A stretch of 64,000 bases of DNA from Nymphaea colorata (GCF_008831285.2 NC_045138.2:38626001-38690000), one strand, 5' to 3'. Positions 11,697 to 25,417 are shown, counted from the stretch's first letter. Notes: a model not told the origin generated them from the letters alone. Translations and numbers: made by a program.

Positions 11697-14497
11697 ATGG
11701 CGTTCCTTCAGTGTCTTTCCCCTAGCTTCACACTTCCACTCAAACCCAAGTCCCACAATGGCGACTCAACTCCTTTCCTGCATGCTTCCAACTCCCTCTG
11801 CGGATACCCACTTGACGATTCATCCCATTCTGGTATGGAACTTGTTCTGCTAACCTTTTTTTTTTTTTCCCTATATTTTTGAAGACAGCACCATAGGCTT
11901 GAACCGTTATTTGGGTTGTGTGGTGACTAAAGGGATTCTTCCTCGGTGGAATGTTATTATGTGCAGAACCATCAATGAGATCGTTCAGGATGGGTGGAAC
12001 GAAAGCTTCAATTGTTTGCAGTGCTGGTTCTGAAGAGAATGCCCAAAGGGACGGGAGGAATATATATGTCAACAAGGATAAACGCCAAGCTGAGGTTTGC
12101 ATTGAGAAGGTGCAACGTTTCCATGTGGTTTTCCTTTTAGTACAATTTTGACTTTTTGTTTTGTAATTTTTTGGTCGAGCGATTTTCTTTTCTGCTGTCC
12201 TTATTCGTTAGCATTGTTCGTCTGACGTTTCTTACTTCCATACATTGCCACATCAATACCCAAAATTGTCATTAAGATTGTTGAGTCCCAGGGTGGAACA
12301 AACTGCTCTCCTCTTTATATTGTGGTGTTGATGTAGTACAATTTCATTTTCGCTTTTTATGTTGGATTTTTAATAAATCGTATTAGTTATCCTGTTTTCT
12401 TTCTTAGTCTCCACTTTTGGCTTCTGATCCCTTCAAACGTTTCTTGATTGGCTGCTCCTTTTCGTCCTTTCTCAATGACTTTGTAGTCACTTTTCACTGA
12501 ACGGGTCCTATTGCTGTCGATCAAGTGCCAGAAACTATACTTCCTGAACCTGTATTTAATTTATTGTTATTCAAATATTCATCACCTAGTTAGAAGTTTG
12601 AAGCTTATATTCTGATTTTGTTTTTCTGGTGAAGCAGAATACAAGCTCATTTTGCTTAAGAAAATGTGCAGTATCGCTAGCACTCTCTGTTGGCCTGATT
12701 TCTGGAATACCTGCTCTTCAATCACCTGCTTATGCGAGTGAAGTTGCTGGCCCTGCGCTTCCTGATCTCTCTGTGCTGATATCTGGGCCTCCCATTAAAG
12801 ACCCAGGCACCTTACTAAGGAATGCACTGCCTATTAATAACAAAGCCATTAGAGAGGTTCAAAAGCCACTCGAGGACATCACGGAAAGTCTTAAAATTGC
12901 AGGCACCAAGGCGTTAGATTCTGTTGAGAGAGTATGTTAGTTGAATCTGTATTCCCATATTAAATTCCATTTCCATGTTGTCATTACCTATTCTTCCTTT
13001 ACTATTTTTCATCACATTTTAGTGACATGTAGTCACTGCAATCCACAATTTGAATACAAGGACCTCTCTGGTGTTGAAATCAGTTTTTTTTCTTTCCTTC
13101 TTTTATTTTCCGATGGCAGAATGTGAGGCAGGCTTCCCGTGCTCTTGCTCAAGGAAGATCTGCCATTTTGGCTGGTCTGGCTGAGCCAAAAAGAGAAAAT
13201 GGTGAGGAGTTACTTGATAAGTTAGCTGTTGGACTTCAGGAGCTTCAAAGAATAGTGGAAGACAGGAACAGAGATGCAGTAGCACCAAAACAAAAGGAGC
13301 TTCTTCAGTTTGTGGGAACGTAAGTGTCTCAGGATACTTAGTTTACCAGCTGCACATGCTTCACTATCATGTCCAATCAATACACCTGTATCCCCTGTCT
13401 TGTTTATCATTAACATGTTTGGGCACCTCATTTGGAATGCAGCAAAAGTTTTGGTTAGAAGAATCAACATTTCCATTTTCTGTGCACAGCATCATTTATC
13501 CAAATGCATAATGTTCCATTGAACAAAGCAGGTTGCCCTTGTTCTTGCTAATGTTGAAGATGATTCAATTTTCATGGAGAAAAACCTGAAGAGTATTATG
13601 CGGGATAAGCTAAAGAAAGATGGAACTGTTTATAGTTTGCAGTTATTTCCTCGTCGTTCATGGGATTCTTCCTTCTTTGGCTTAAACATGATTGCTGCAA
13701 TGTTTCCAGTATATTAGCATCTACAAGCTTGGTAGAAGAAAACTTGATCATTAGTTAAGCTTAGTGTAAAGGGACCCAATACCCAAGGATGAGACTCACA
13801 AAACTTTTTGACTACCTTGGTCTGTCTTAATGCATTCATATCTATAAAGAGTTTATAGTGTCACAGTTTGGGAATATTTTTCTGCTTGTAGTTGTGAATT
13901 TGCATTTGCCCCACAACTAAAAGTGCCAAAATCAAGAAAAGTGGTTTACTGTCATGAGTAATACCAATTTGAATAGTATATAAATGGTGAAAATTTTCTA
14001 TGAAAGAAAATCTAGAAAACGATAATGAAGATTTTGGACTATGAATATGAAATGTCAGCAGATATACATGTCCCAACAACTCAACAGGAGACATATGTAA
14101 TGTGGAACGTCTTCTTGTTAATTGATATAGACACCCGCATTGTCTCTGTATTTTATTTACAAACTGTCATTGAGATATTAAAATAGAAGCGAAAACGTGA
14201 AAGTTTAACTAGTCTGCATGAAAAAAATCACAGAACACACGAGAGAAAAGAGTATGTACATCTAAGAGTAACACTCGGCATAGGATCCCAATACTTAAGT
14301 TTTTTCACTGCATTAATTTTATGTGCTTGAACAATGTTAATTATTTTTTGTCATGTCATTTTGAGATAATCTCTTGTCATCTTCCATGAATGCAAACATC
14401 TCTTTTCATGCAATTGCTTGACACCTAGTCAAGCCTCCTATGTCATAGTATAGTAAATGCTATCTGAATCTTACTTGTTAGTGCCTTATTCCTCAAA

Positions 14498-14536
<39 letters not shown>

Positions 14537-17286
14537 AACAAGCTCTTAAAGTTCACATATGTGATCCACCTTAAGGGTTCAGATACAAATGGAAAAAGGA
14601 AAATGTGCTGAAAAATTCCTATGTTTAGTGCTTAATTATTTCTTTCCTTCTTTTTCTGTTTGGTTAAAGTTTCCACTTGTGTGGTTATTAAAAGATGTAC
14701 CTCTTTCTTATGGATTTATCCTATTGCAATGTTCAGGATTTAGTTAAATAGGTGTACGGGTGCAGCATATCTTCATATACTGAAGGAACATATTGATTTT
14801 AAAATTGCTGTCCTTGTTTTGGTAGTTAGTAGAGATGCTAATCAATCATGCTATTTATTTGAAAGTCTGTTGTTGAATGATGCTGTTAAAAGAAATAATC
14901 TCATAAAAATAACTTGTCCACTGCAGCTGATCTTCCTGGGAATTGGATTTCTGCAGTGTTGAAGAAGATATGGTAGACAGCTTCCCATATGAAGTCCCTC
15001 AAGAGTACAATAGCATGCCTCTTTTGAAGGGTAGAGCAACTGTGGATATGAAGGTCAAGATTAAGGATAACCCCAATATTGAGAACTGTGTGTTTCAAAT
15101 AGTTCTGGATGGTTATAATGCTCCTGTAACAGCAGGAAACTTTCTTGACCTGGTGGAACGACATTTCTATGATGGAATGGAGATACAAAGAGGTATTTTT
15201 TTTGTACTACTGTCACATTTGAAAATAAGTTCTTGCATTGTAAGAGATAGAAAGGTGCAGATAATTGCCAATACAAAAAATCCTCTTCATATATTTGGAT
15301 AGGATGAATCCATCTCTTTGTGATTTTGAACCTTTGTTTTGATACGTTGTGGTTTTATTGCAGCTGATGGTTTTGTTGTTCAAACTGGTGATCCTGAGGG
15401 GCCTGCTGAAGGTTTTATTGATCCAAGCACTGGTAAAACAAGGACAATTCCACTGGAACTAATGGCTGTTGGGGACAAGATGCCTGTTTATGGTGCAACA
15501 CTAGAAGTAGGTCTCATCAATCTATAATGCTTGAAATATGAATTGACCTCATGATTACTGCGTATTTTTTGGTGCAAAATCACTTTGTGTGATCGATGTA
15601 AAACTTCATGAGATCTTTGTCATTGAATGCTTTGGAGAAGGTAATTACAGCAGACACTCCAAAATGCATCTAAAATATGTTACTTGAGTTCCATATCATA
15701 TAGCACATGCAATAAATGTTCAAGTCCCTTGTCTGTGTAGGGATAGACAAGTGAATGGGTACTTCAAGTTTTCAACCTTGGAAATTATGTCCATACATTT
15801 ACCTATTTCATGTAAGATGAGGAAAGGAACTATGCATCTTTCACCGGTTGTTATGGGACCTCCTTTCCTTATTATAAAAGATCGATTATGTTGGTGGAAA
15901 TTCCAGGTTCTATGTTATATTATGGTACTGCGTGATGAACGGAAAAACCTTCCTCCTTTTTGTCTAAGAATTTATCCCAAATTCAGCATTTCTGTTTAGT
16001 CTTTATTTTCTTACCACTAATAGCATATAACCTCTCCATGTGTTTGGTTCACCCTTTGGGGGTTTCTTATAAAAGTTACTCTCACGAGAATAATGAGGGC
16101 TGGAGGTATGAGATGCCCCTTGTGTCTCTTTGTTTCTGATTTTCTGATTGAATGAATTGCATGATGGTCACCCTGAGAACTGTAATCTGCACGTTTTCCA
16201 TTATGTCGGGAAGCGTGGTTTATGAGAGGATGATTCTCGTGAGGGGGGTCAAGTAGGTGTGAGTTTAAATTCTCAAAATGCTTAAACGGCATGTGTGATA
16301 ATTGTAAATATATAAATATAGGCAAGCAGCTACTGTTCAACAAATCATTTTGACCTGTAAATAAGTCATAACACTAGAATACAACTGATATGTGCCTGTT
16401 GCTCGTGAGTTTCATGTAATGAAAATAAAATGAAAGTTATCTTCTGAAATATTTGTATAGAATTTATTCTCCACACATGTTAGCATTCCATGGGGTAATA
16501 GGATCTGTTCTACAGTAGCAGCATGTTCTTGTTATTATGCTAGTATGTGAACATGCAAATGGGTGAAACTATGCAACTATTAGGCTTCATGGTGGTCCAA
16601 TGCTCAAAATCTTGCAAGTGTATACCTGGGCACAATTGATCGGACTAGTGTTATTTATCATTGTGAACTAAATAAACCTAGGATGTTTGCTCCAGGATCC
16701 CCTTGGTAGGTCCGTCATTAGAAAAGGTGAAAAAAAAAAGTGAAGAAGTGCGTCGTTACATGTAAAGGTTTCATCTTAAAATAGTTAGTGCTGGTGCTAG
16801 TGAATGCTTTTGGATTTCTGAACGGTATATGAATTGACTTGATTGTTGACTTCCTGTAGGAGCTTGGACGATACAAGGCACAAACAAAACTTCCATTTAA
16901 TGCATTTGGAACAATGGCAATGGCTCGTGAGGTAAGTCCTCACGCAATTTTCAATTTTCTAATATTCTTTACTCTGATCACCTGCTCTCTGTGAATTTCA
17001 GAAAAAGTTTTTCTGTTTGTATAAATGTTTGGCCACAACTTTGGTAAATGTGTTGCAGGAATTCGAGAACGACTCTGCTTCAAGCCAAGTATTTTGGCTA
17101 CTAAAAGAAAGTGAGCTCACTCCGAGCAATGCCAACATATTAGATGGGAGATATTCAGTGTTTGGATATGTCACAGACAATCAAGATTATTTGGCTGATC
17201 TTAAGGTAGGTGATGTCATAGAGTCAATGCAAGTTGTATCTGGTCTCGAAAACCTTGTCAATCCTAGCTATAAGATTGCAGGATAA
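11697..17286 (+). CDS. CYP38: Peptidyl-prolyl cis-trans isomerase CYP38 (TLP40), thylakoid lumen cyclophilin, ~478 aa
   Basis: Exons 11697-11832, 11967-12094, 12638-12931, 13120-13319, 14957-15192, 15364-15506, 16860-16931, 17059-17286. All GT-AG and phase-compatible (1437 nt). Motifs [85 protein letters not shown] and [11 protein letters not shown]. Bipartite transit peptide ending in AYA. Confidence 0.96.
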
Positions 17287-19659
17287 GATCTGCAATCAAT
17301 ATTCTTTATTTCGTTGAGGGTCCCCATAGGCCAATCTCAACACATCGGCTGTGTAATTTCCTTTGAGCTTGATTCATCTTGTGTAATCTACTGCCTCACC
17401 ACCCAGCATGGAGCAGCATGACTTGGTTTTGATTTGTCTAACTATCAAGGAGGTCATGAATCTTAAGAACACTAGCTTAGCTTGTATCTATGAAGAAGTT
17501 ATGTCTCTCTCTCTTTTTCTGTACCAACCACCTGATTGTCCATGGGTCTCTGGATGTTTAAATGGTAGAATATATTTGCAAATGGTTTTAGTAGTATTCC
17601 TTTCATGTCTTTAATAAAAGCGTTCGTGAGAGAAAACAACAAGCAAAAAATGGTTAAGAATCAAGATGGATTTTTACACCTTAATGCTCATTTCTCTTTT
17701 TCTGTTGGAACTTCATGCTTCATGTTGTGGGACACACGCTGGTGTGGTTCCATGGGCAGTCTTTCTTCAAGTGCATGGAATTTTCCCTATAAGTAATCAT
17801 AACAAGCTTTAACCGCAACCGCCAAAGCAATTGTTTTTGTATGTACCCTTTAGCTGCAAAAACCTGTTGGGATTCGATCTTTTTTCAAATTTTTGGGTTC
17901 ATAGTGACGCACTATAATTACTGGTTTACAATATTGGTCATATGCATATTATATTCTTTATAACTTTTAAGATTCAAAATTTTGAATAAGCCCCACCAGT
18001 AAGCCTTGTAAGGACAATGTCCCGAAAAAACTTAAGCAGCTGAATGGCAAGGCTGATGCTTCATAAGGGCTGAAGCTAGTGAGTGAGTTGAAAAAGAATA
18101 TTTTGAAGAATAAAAAACTACTCTCTCTCTCTCTTTACACACACACACACACGTGTAACATGGAACTACTGTGAATCCCGATAAAGTTTCATCTTTGTGT
18201 CACCAAACTCCAGGATATGAGGCTGTGTATGCCTTCTTCTGAGTGTTTGTAGTATCATTCTGTCTCTGCTCGTATCTGTTGATGCACATTGGACCATTAT
18301 CATGTAATTGAAACAATAAGAGACTATTTTTTAACTGGAACACTGTATCTGTGTTTCATGAATATGTTCGAAAGGTTATGGCAGATTCACATAACACTAG
18401 AATCCAATGTTTCATATACAGATTCATATAACACTAACATAACATGTCTATTATCAAATGCCCCTAAAGAAACCAAACCCCACTCGGAACATGCTAATAT
18501 AAGGCCGGTATCATTGGCCTATATTCGTGCTACAGTCCCATATCGGCTGATACATTAATAATACAACAAAATAACAATGACAGTAATAATAATAGTATAA
18601 TAACCAAGTTTTAGTTTGTACTTGATCTGCTAAGGCTGATACTAACGACCCAACTTGGCATTTTCTGATGAGCCTGTCGACATGTGTTCCTTTCACAGTT
18701 TGACAAGTGCAACGCCACAATCATTGGGTCTAGGGATGCAAATGAATCGAATCTGTCATTTTTCAGCCGATATTAGGTTTGCTTCTGACCTGACCTGACC
18801 TCTAATGCAGCTAAGTAAGCTGTTTTCGAGTCCAACACTCCGTATTCTTACTACTTATAAAACACACGACAAATGAAGAATTTGGTTCTCAACTAGATCC
18901 ATATCATTTTCTATACGTGATTCACGTGTATAACCCCTTAATAAGATGATACAAAATATGTCATTTCAAAACAGTGGTAGAGGCTTCTTTGGTTTGGTAT
19001 GACCAATTGCGGCATTGCCCACATCAATCCACATAAGAGAAACCTTATTTTATATATTGATATCTCATTAATGGGTGGAGTTCAAGTTCAACATTGAACA
19101 AATGCTAATTTCCGGCTTATAAAGTTTTTATGGCAAATTTCAATCTTCCTTCCTTCCATACAATTGCTTTTTGACATAAGAACTTAAGTCACGACAATCT
19201 TTTGTGGTTGAAACAAACGGGAACTTACGGCTTTAGGAATTTCATCTTAAAGTTTTAGATTAGTTGGATCCTGCGTGCGGCTGCTAATGCACCATTCGGT
19301 CATCCTTAACGTGGTATTTGTTTTTAATAGAAAAAAACCACATAATTCACATAGATTAAGTATATTTATCATACTTTTACAAGATTACACGAAGAAACTT
19401 GGATAAATAGTTCTTGTTAATATTAGCGGCTAATAGGGCTGCACAACGAGGCGAGCCAACTCGAGCTCAACTCGAGCTCGAGCTTGACTTATTTATAAAC
19501 GAGTCGAGTTGGAGCTGAAAGTTAAACTAGAATCAATAAACGAGTCCAGTTCGAGTTGCAAGAACTGAACTCGACTCGGTATATTAAATAAATTGAATTG
19601 AATGAACCGGTTCGAGAAACCGGTTCAAAATTCTTTTCATTCCGCCATTCGTTCTCCAC

Positions 19660-19860
19660 TCACCGTCTGCTCTCTCTCTTCCGCTGGACTGCTGCTCTCA
19701 GCCTCTCACCCCTTCCGCTGGACCGCCGTTGCTGCCCTCTCTCGCCGTTTGCTTTCTCTCTTCCGCTGGACTGCTGCTCTCGCCGCTTCTGCTGGACCGC
19801 CGTTGCTGCCCTCTCTCGCTACTGCTGCCTCAGACGCTGCGACGCACCTGCTCCCTTCAC
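19660..19860. repeat. Short degenerate GC-rich tandem repeats in the transposon leader
   Basis: CTCTCTTCCGCTGGACTGCTGCTCTC and GCTGGACCGCCGTTGCTGCCCTCTCTCGC each occur twice. Related motifs recur at ~20000-20220. Confidence 0.7.
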
Positions 19861-21039
19861 GCCAGGAACCAAGTAAGATGTTTTTATTGTAGTGTCGATC
19901 TTTTGAGATTTTTTTTGGTGGATTTGTAGATTTTCTTACGGCTGTCTGTTCTTCCTTTGGACATTATATTGTTTAGAATCGTGCTTCTTGCTACCTTTCC
20001 CCTTCTCTCGCTGCTGCTGCCTCACAGCCTCAGAGGCGTCCCTCTCGCTCTTGCTGGACTCCTGCTCCCGCCTTCACGTACCCCTTCAGCCTTTCTTTCA
20101 TCTTCTCCTTGGTTGTTCTTCTTCTTCCTCCTCCTCCCAACTGATTTTGCCCAAATGCTGCCAGAAATCACTGCTGCTGCCTGCTGCCTTCTCTTGCCGC
20201 TGTTGCCTCAGACGCCATCAACGCTTGCATTTCATATCCAGTACGTTTTGATTCCTTCCTTTATATCATATATGTGGAGGCTTAAGAGGTTTACTCTTTC
20301 ATATCCAGTACGTTTTTCAGATGATTACTCTTTTAAGAGGTTTACTATATATGCATATTAAGTGTTTGTTTAATTTCTTATGAAATTCATGTGGAGGTGA
20401 AGTCTACCTCACATTTTCTTCCCGTCAACAGAACTTTTCCCTTCTATATGCAAGCATAGTAAAAGTCATCTAACCTGCCTGTCTTATAGCCACTTTCATT
20501 TGTTGGTATGACTATTGTGAGTATGTGAATGCACATATGATGTTATTCTTTATTGCGCCATCACGTGAGTAAAACATCATCATAGCATGTCCAAGTTGAG
20601 GCTTCTTTATTGTGAATATGTAAAAACAAAATAATAGTTCAGAACAGTAATGTCCGACCATCTCTGCCCTATCTACAAGAGGCAGCAACGTTTTCTCTGC
20701 TTGATCAAGTGAATGCTAAACCAACGATAGGAAGGGGGAGAGAGAGAGAGAGAGAAGGCATATGGGTTTCAGCTGGCGTGTGCCACCAGTGGCTTGGCTG
20801 GTAGACAGATGTGGCATGAGAAGGGGACTGCATCTTTGTCAACCCAAAACCTTAAACCTCTAAAGACAAGATAACAGGTTGCGTTTGATGGGTGGCTGGA
20901 CCATTTCTCAGAAACTAGGAACGAGAATTCCAGAATTTTGATTATTTTGTGTTGCGCAATGACATTGAAATTGGTTTTGAAAAGTACGAAGGTGGTTTAG
21001 GAAATCCGACTCATGATGCACAAATGCTAAGGCTGTTCA

Positions 21040-21410
21040 GCAATCTGAGGCCATTATCTCTTTGTAGTTTTCTTTATAAGATCATTTTTAAGGTGTTAAT
21101 TATCGATTTAAAATTGTGTTGAGCATAATTATAATCATAGAACAGAGTGCTTTTCTCCTTGGAAGAAGTTGATTTGATAATGTTATTAGAGCTTATGAAA
21201 CTGTCTAATCTCTTAGCATGGATAAAACTGGGGGAATTCGCTTGAAGCTGGACATTAATAAGGCATATGATAAAGTAAACTAGGACAATGGGCTAGGGCT
21301 TTTGGAATTTTCAAAGAAATGGTCAGATGAAGTGATGGCTTATGTCTTTTCAGCCTCAATGTCTATTACGGTGAATAGTTAAGTGGGTTCATGTTTTGAC
21401 AATAGCATTA
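21040..21410 (+). mobile_element. Degenerate LINE (L1-type) reverse-transcriptase fragment nested in the hAT element
   Basis: Manual translation across frameshifts gives RPLSLCSFLYKII, EQSAFLLGR, DNVIRAYETV and LKLDINKAYDKVN* (TAG in place of W). These match L1 RT motifs RPISLCN..YKII, QSAF..GR and KLD..KAYD.V.W. Confidence 0.85.
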
Positions 21411-21794
21411 ATATTAATGGAACATTTAATAAATGGGGAAGTTGGTTGGCTGCCACTATAGCTTCTCTTATCAAGGGAATCAGATAACGATGTGCAGACT
21501 TGGTTTCTTTGTGGCTAACAGCAGCATGATGATGTATGTGCAGACTTGGTTTTTGATTTGGCTACTCTCAACCTTCACTTTATAATCTTTGATCTGGCAT
21601 CTCAACAATGTTTATAAAAGGAAGCCTTGTTATTACTAAAGTATCAATCCCTATCAAACCATTGAATGTGTTTTGTTTCATATCTCTCTGTGCAGATACT
21701 GTGTGTTCCTATTCTTTGAGATAAGGCATGCTTTTACCTGTTTTTGTTAGTTCCAATACCATTAATGAACAATATTTTGCATCATGCACTATTG

Positions 21795-21857
<63 letters not shown>

Positions 21858-22257
21858 GATGATCTGCTATGTAATGTATTTGCTTATTTTTTGTTTGTGC
21901 GTTGTTGTTGGTTGCATGTCTTTAATTCTTTCTTATTTTAATTTGTTTTTACGAAAGAAGCATTGTGAATTTAAGAAATGCACTATATAACTTTAGGTAA
22001 TTATTGTATTACAAATTAGTCCTTTTATCTACAGAAGAAGAATGTTTTCACCGAGAGAAAATACTATTAGTAAAGACAAACAAGTATTATGCAGTTCAGG
22101 AGCAGGTTCAACAGAACCACATAATGTAGGAAGCTCTACACAACAGTCTATAACTCATGACAGTTTAAATTCTACTAATACAAGGTCTGTTGAAAATGAG
22201 GATGTAACTGTGGGTGGTATGAAAAGACAAAGAGCAAGAACTTGTTCAATTTGGGAT

Positions 22258-24242
22258 AAAAACCTTTCTGATCAAGCTTTTGCAACTCAAGATAAGATTA
22301 TAATAATATCAGAACAAGTCTATGCTTAAGCCAACGAATGAAACTTGTATACCATATATATATATGACCTCACTAAGACCAAAACTGAAAAGATATGTCC
22401 CGAAATTAGTTTGACGGATGTATCATATGCATGTTCATTTGTATTACGTGTGGCGAAATAGCAAAGGATACTGTACGAACTGGTTATATTCTATGAGACA
22501 GACTTGGTGGAAAAAGGGGTCTGGACTCCAAACACACTTTTTCTATTTTGAGCTTTAAAAGCCCCAAACGACTGACTACAACACACTCTTCAGAGCAGAA
22601 TGTGAGGGAGCTCTTGTATGTTTGAGGAGAAAAACATTGATTAGGGGCCAATTTCATGTACGGAAGACTGATGTCATATTGAAACTTGAAAGTACAGGAC
22701 TTTCACAAGTTTCATCATCAATGGTATAAAATTGTTAACCATTAGTGTAGATTTTGTTTTAGAAAATCTTAGTTAAATGACTGTCATATATATTTTCTTG
22801 GCAATATTATGACACACTCAACAATGGCTGAACTTTTTGGAAGATCTGATGATCTTGCACATCAATGTTCTTAGACAGGCATGACCAAAAGAATTGCAAT
22901 ATACATACATATATAAATGTATATAGAGTGAGTGAACGATGACTTTGGTTATCTAAAGTCACGCAACCATCTTACCAGTGCCGCCATCTAAAGCAGATGA
23001 ATGGTAGAGAGAAAAATAAAGAGAAAAAGGTATAAACTAATATTAGATGATGAAAATGCCCCTCACCTCTTTATCGGTGTTTTTCTCTTAATTGTCCATC
23101 ATGTTGAATTAGATGACCCATATTAGATAGCTAGGTGACTCTGAAAGCCAGAGTCATCATTCAATTTACCGATGTATTTATGGTATAAACTCTCATAGTT
23201 CATACTTTTAAGTTGCATCTGATTGGCCAACTAGATGGCAACCCATCCTGTGTGCCACCATGCATTTACATGAAAAATATTACACCAAAACTTTACGAAC
23301 TATTGCAGAGGAGTTCATGCAGACGTAGCCAAGGCTTGCAATTGACAATCTAAAGCTACTTTTGCCAAATATTATAATTCCAAAAATCAAGAAGATACAT
23401 TAAAAATCTGATAGTCTTTGGTTCTAAAATGGGGCTGTTGCAGCAGAAGCATCAACATCGGAAGTTATATGACTATATTAAGGAGGTTGGTTCTTGCCTT
23501 GTAGACTTGATGAGCAATGGGTACAAATTCAGGGATGAGCAACCCATTGTCAGGTGGTTCAAGGGTCCTACAGGGGTTCAACTTCCTTGCTTCTTTCTCC
23601 AATTTTGCCCTCTGTATAAGCACTTTCACGGGGGTTGGATATGACTTCCTTTTAGATTTGTCCCTAGCTGGCCTAGGAAGGTCAACATAGGCCAGATCCT
23701 TGTGGGTATCTGATGAAAAGAAAGATCGAAAATACAGGAAAAGCCTTCCTCTCGTGCTTGCAATCTTTTGAGAGGACCACATATAGTAGTATCTCATCTG
23801 TGACTTGCAAAATCAATTTCTTATCATCAGATATCCTCTTAGAACTCAAAAGCATAAACTGGAAGGTTAAACTTCTCAATTTCATTTATCATTTAATGAA
23901 ATGGAAATGCCACTGCTGAGAAACACAAAAAGAATAGATTCCAAGACTCCGTTTAAGTCGTGCATGCAAAAAATCACATAAGGAACACAAAAGTATAATA
24001 TGCAAGCACATACGACAGAACCAACAGAATAGTATTTAAGACACAAGAAAATTATTCTAATCTTATTTCCCCGACAGCCCGACATAGGCTCTAGAAAACG
24101 ATCAATGGGCTTATAGGCTTCCAGCACAACACAAGAATATATTCATGCTTTTGCTTCTTTGAACTACTACACAAATTGCGGAAACACTCACAGGTTTTAA
24201 GCATGCAGATGCAGACGCAAGTTTGTGGTTCTCATGGACAAG
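22258..24242 (-). pseudogene. Inverted partial duplicate of APO3 (leader intron + first coding exon + part of the next intron)
   Basis: Reverse complement of 27207-28432 (=22258-23482), 25857-26398 (=23480-24021) and 24909-25125 (=24026-24242). Carries the truncated ORF 23465-23797 (MRYYYMWSSQK...RTNLL then NIVI*). Confidence 0.95.
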
Positions 24243-25417
24243 CACAGAAGTAGATGCCGATGTAGCAGGAGGAGAATAAACAACAGATGGATGATCAAGT
24301 CTCTGCTATGAAATGAAAAGGAAAGGCTTAGTGAGGTAGACGAGGTTTTAGTGGATTGTCTCCCGTTTCCCTCTCTCTTCGTGATCGGCAATTCCTAGCC
24401 CCCGCAATCTCGTTCAACTGTCCTTGTTGGTTTGGAGATCTTCTATATTAATTTTGTATTGTATCTTGAGATTCTGATTCTATGCTTCTGAGTCCACCTG
24501 CGTGGTCTTCGCTCTAGTGCAGACTGTGATTTTCTTGCCGGAACTTCATCTAAGTTCATTGTTTCATGCTTTGTAGGTTGGAAATTAGTTCTAAGAAAGA
24601 GCTAAAATTCATTGCTAGGGTGGTTTAGTTTTAATTTTCTGTCACAATGCTGATGTAGAAATTACGATAATTAGCCACATGCTCTTCAGTTACTCTGAAA
24701 ATTTTGTGCCATCTGCAGTGGAATTTGGCCGAACGTTGGTAGACATGCTCGCACGACAATGGCTTTTTGTTACCTCGATGAAGATTGGTGAACGATAGTT
24801 ACGAGTTCTAAAGATTGATGAACGAGAAGGCTTTAGCGTTACTTTCTTCTAGTTGTAGACTAGAGGGAATCAGCCCAGCTCCATTAGATTCGCTAAGTTT
24901 ACTCAATTCTTGTCCATGAGAACCACAAACTTGCGTATGCATCTGCATGCTTAAAACCTGTGAGTGTTTCCGCAATTTGTGTAGTAGTTCAAAGAAGCAA
25001 AAGCATGAATATATTCTTGTGTTGTGCTGGAGGCCTGTAAGCCCATTGATCGTTTTCTGGAGCCTATGTCGGGCTGCCGGGGAAATAAGATTCGAATAAT
25101 TTTCTTGTGTCTTAAATATTATTCTTCTGATTTATAGGATTTTAGGCACTGAACGTGATCTAGTTATATGGCAATGAAGGGAAGCCTCATTTGTACGATT
25201 TGAAAAAATATGCAACGTACAAAGTTCTTGATTGAGTGGTAAATTAGTAACATATAGTTATGCCTATCAAAAGTTTGTCGAAACGCGCAACGAATCTCTG
25301 GCTTCAAGGACCAAGTGTGGTAGGCTACTAGCTTAATGCTTCTTTGCTAGGATGAATTGTGCATTTTTTTTGTAACTCTTATATATGGTTTCCAGAAACT
25401 GTACTCACATAGCAATT

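Larger units (their letters stand above)
19434..22257 (+). mobile_element. Left part of a hAT-superfamily DNA transposon, truncated at the start of the transposase BED finger
   Basis: Terminus TAGGGCTGCACAACGAG followed by dense (C)TCGAG/CGAGC subterminal repeats (19434-19580). CT-rich leader-like blocks with donors (CCAA|GTAAGA ~19871). Acceptor CTACAG at 22034, then an ORF from 22042 ending in KRQRARTCSIWD, resembling the KR..S.(V/I)W lead-in of BED zinc fingers. No matching right terminus seen in the window. Confidence 0.65.

Noticed and set aside
11758..11832. Alternative CYP38 start (MATQLLSC...)
   Set aside because: Phase 0 at the donor is incompatible with the next exon, whereas the ATG at 11697 is compatible.
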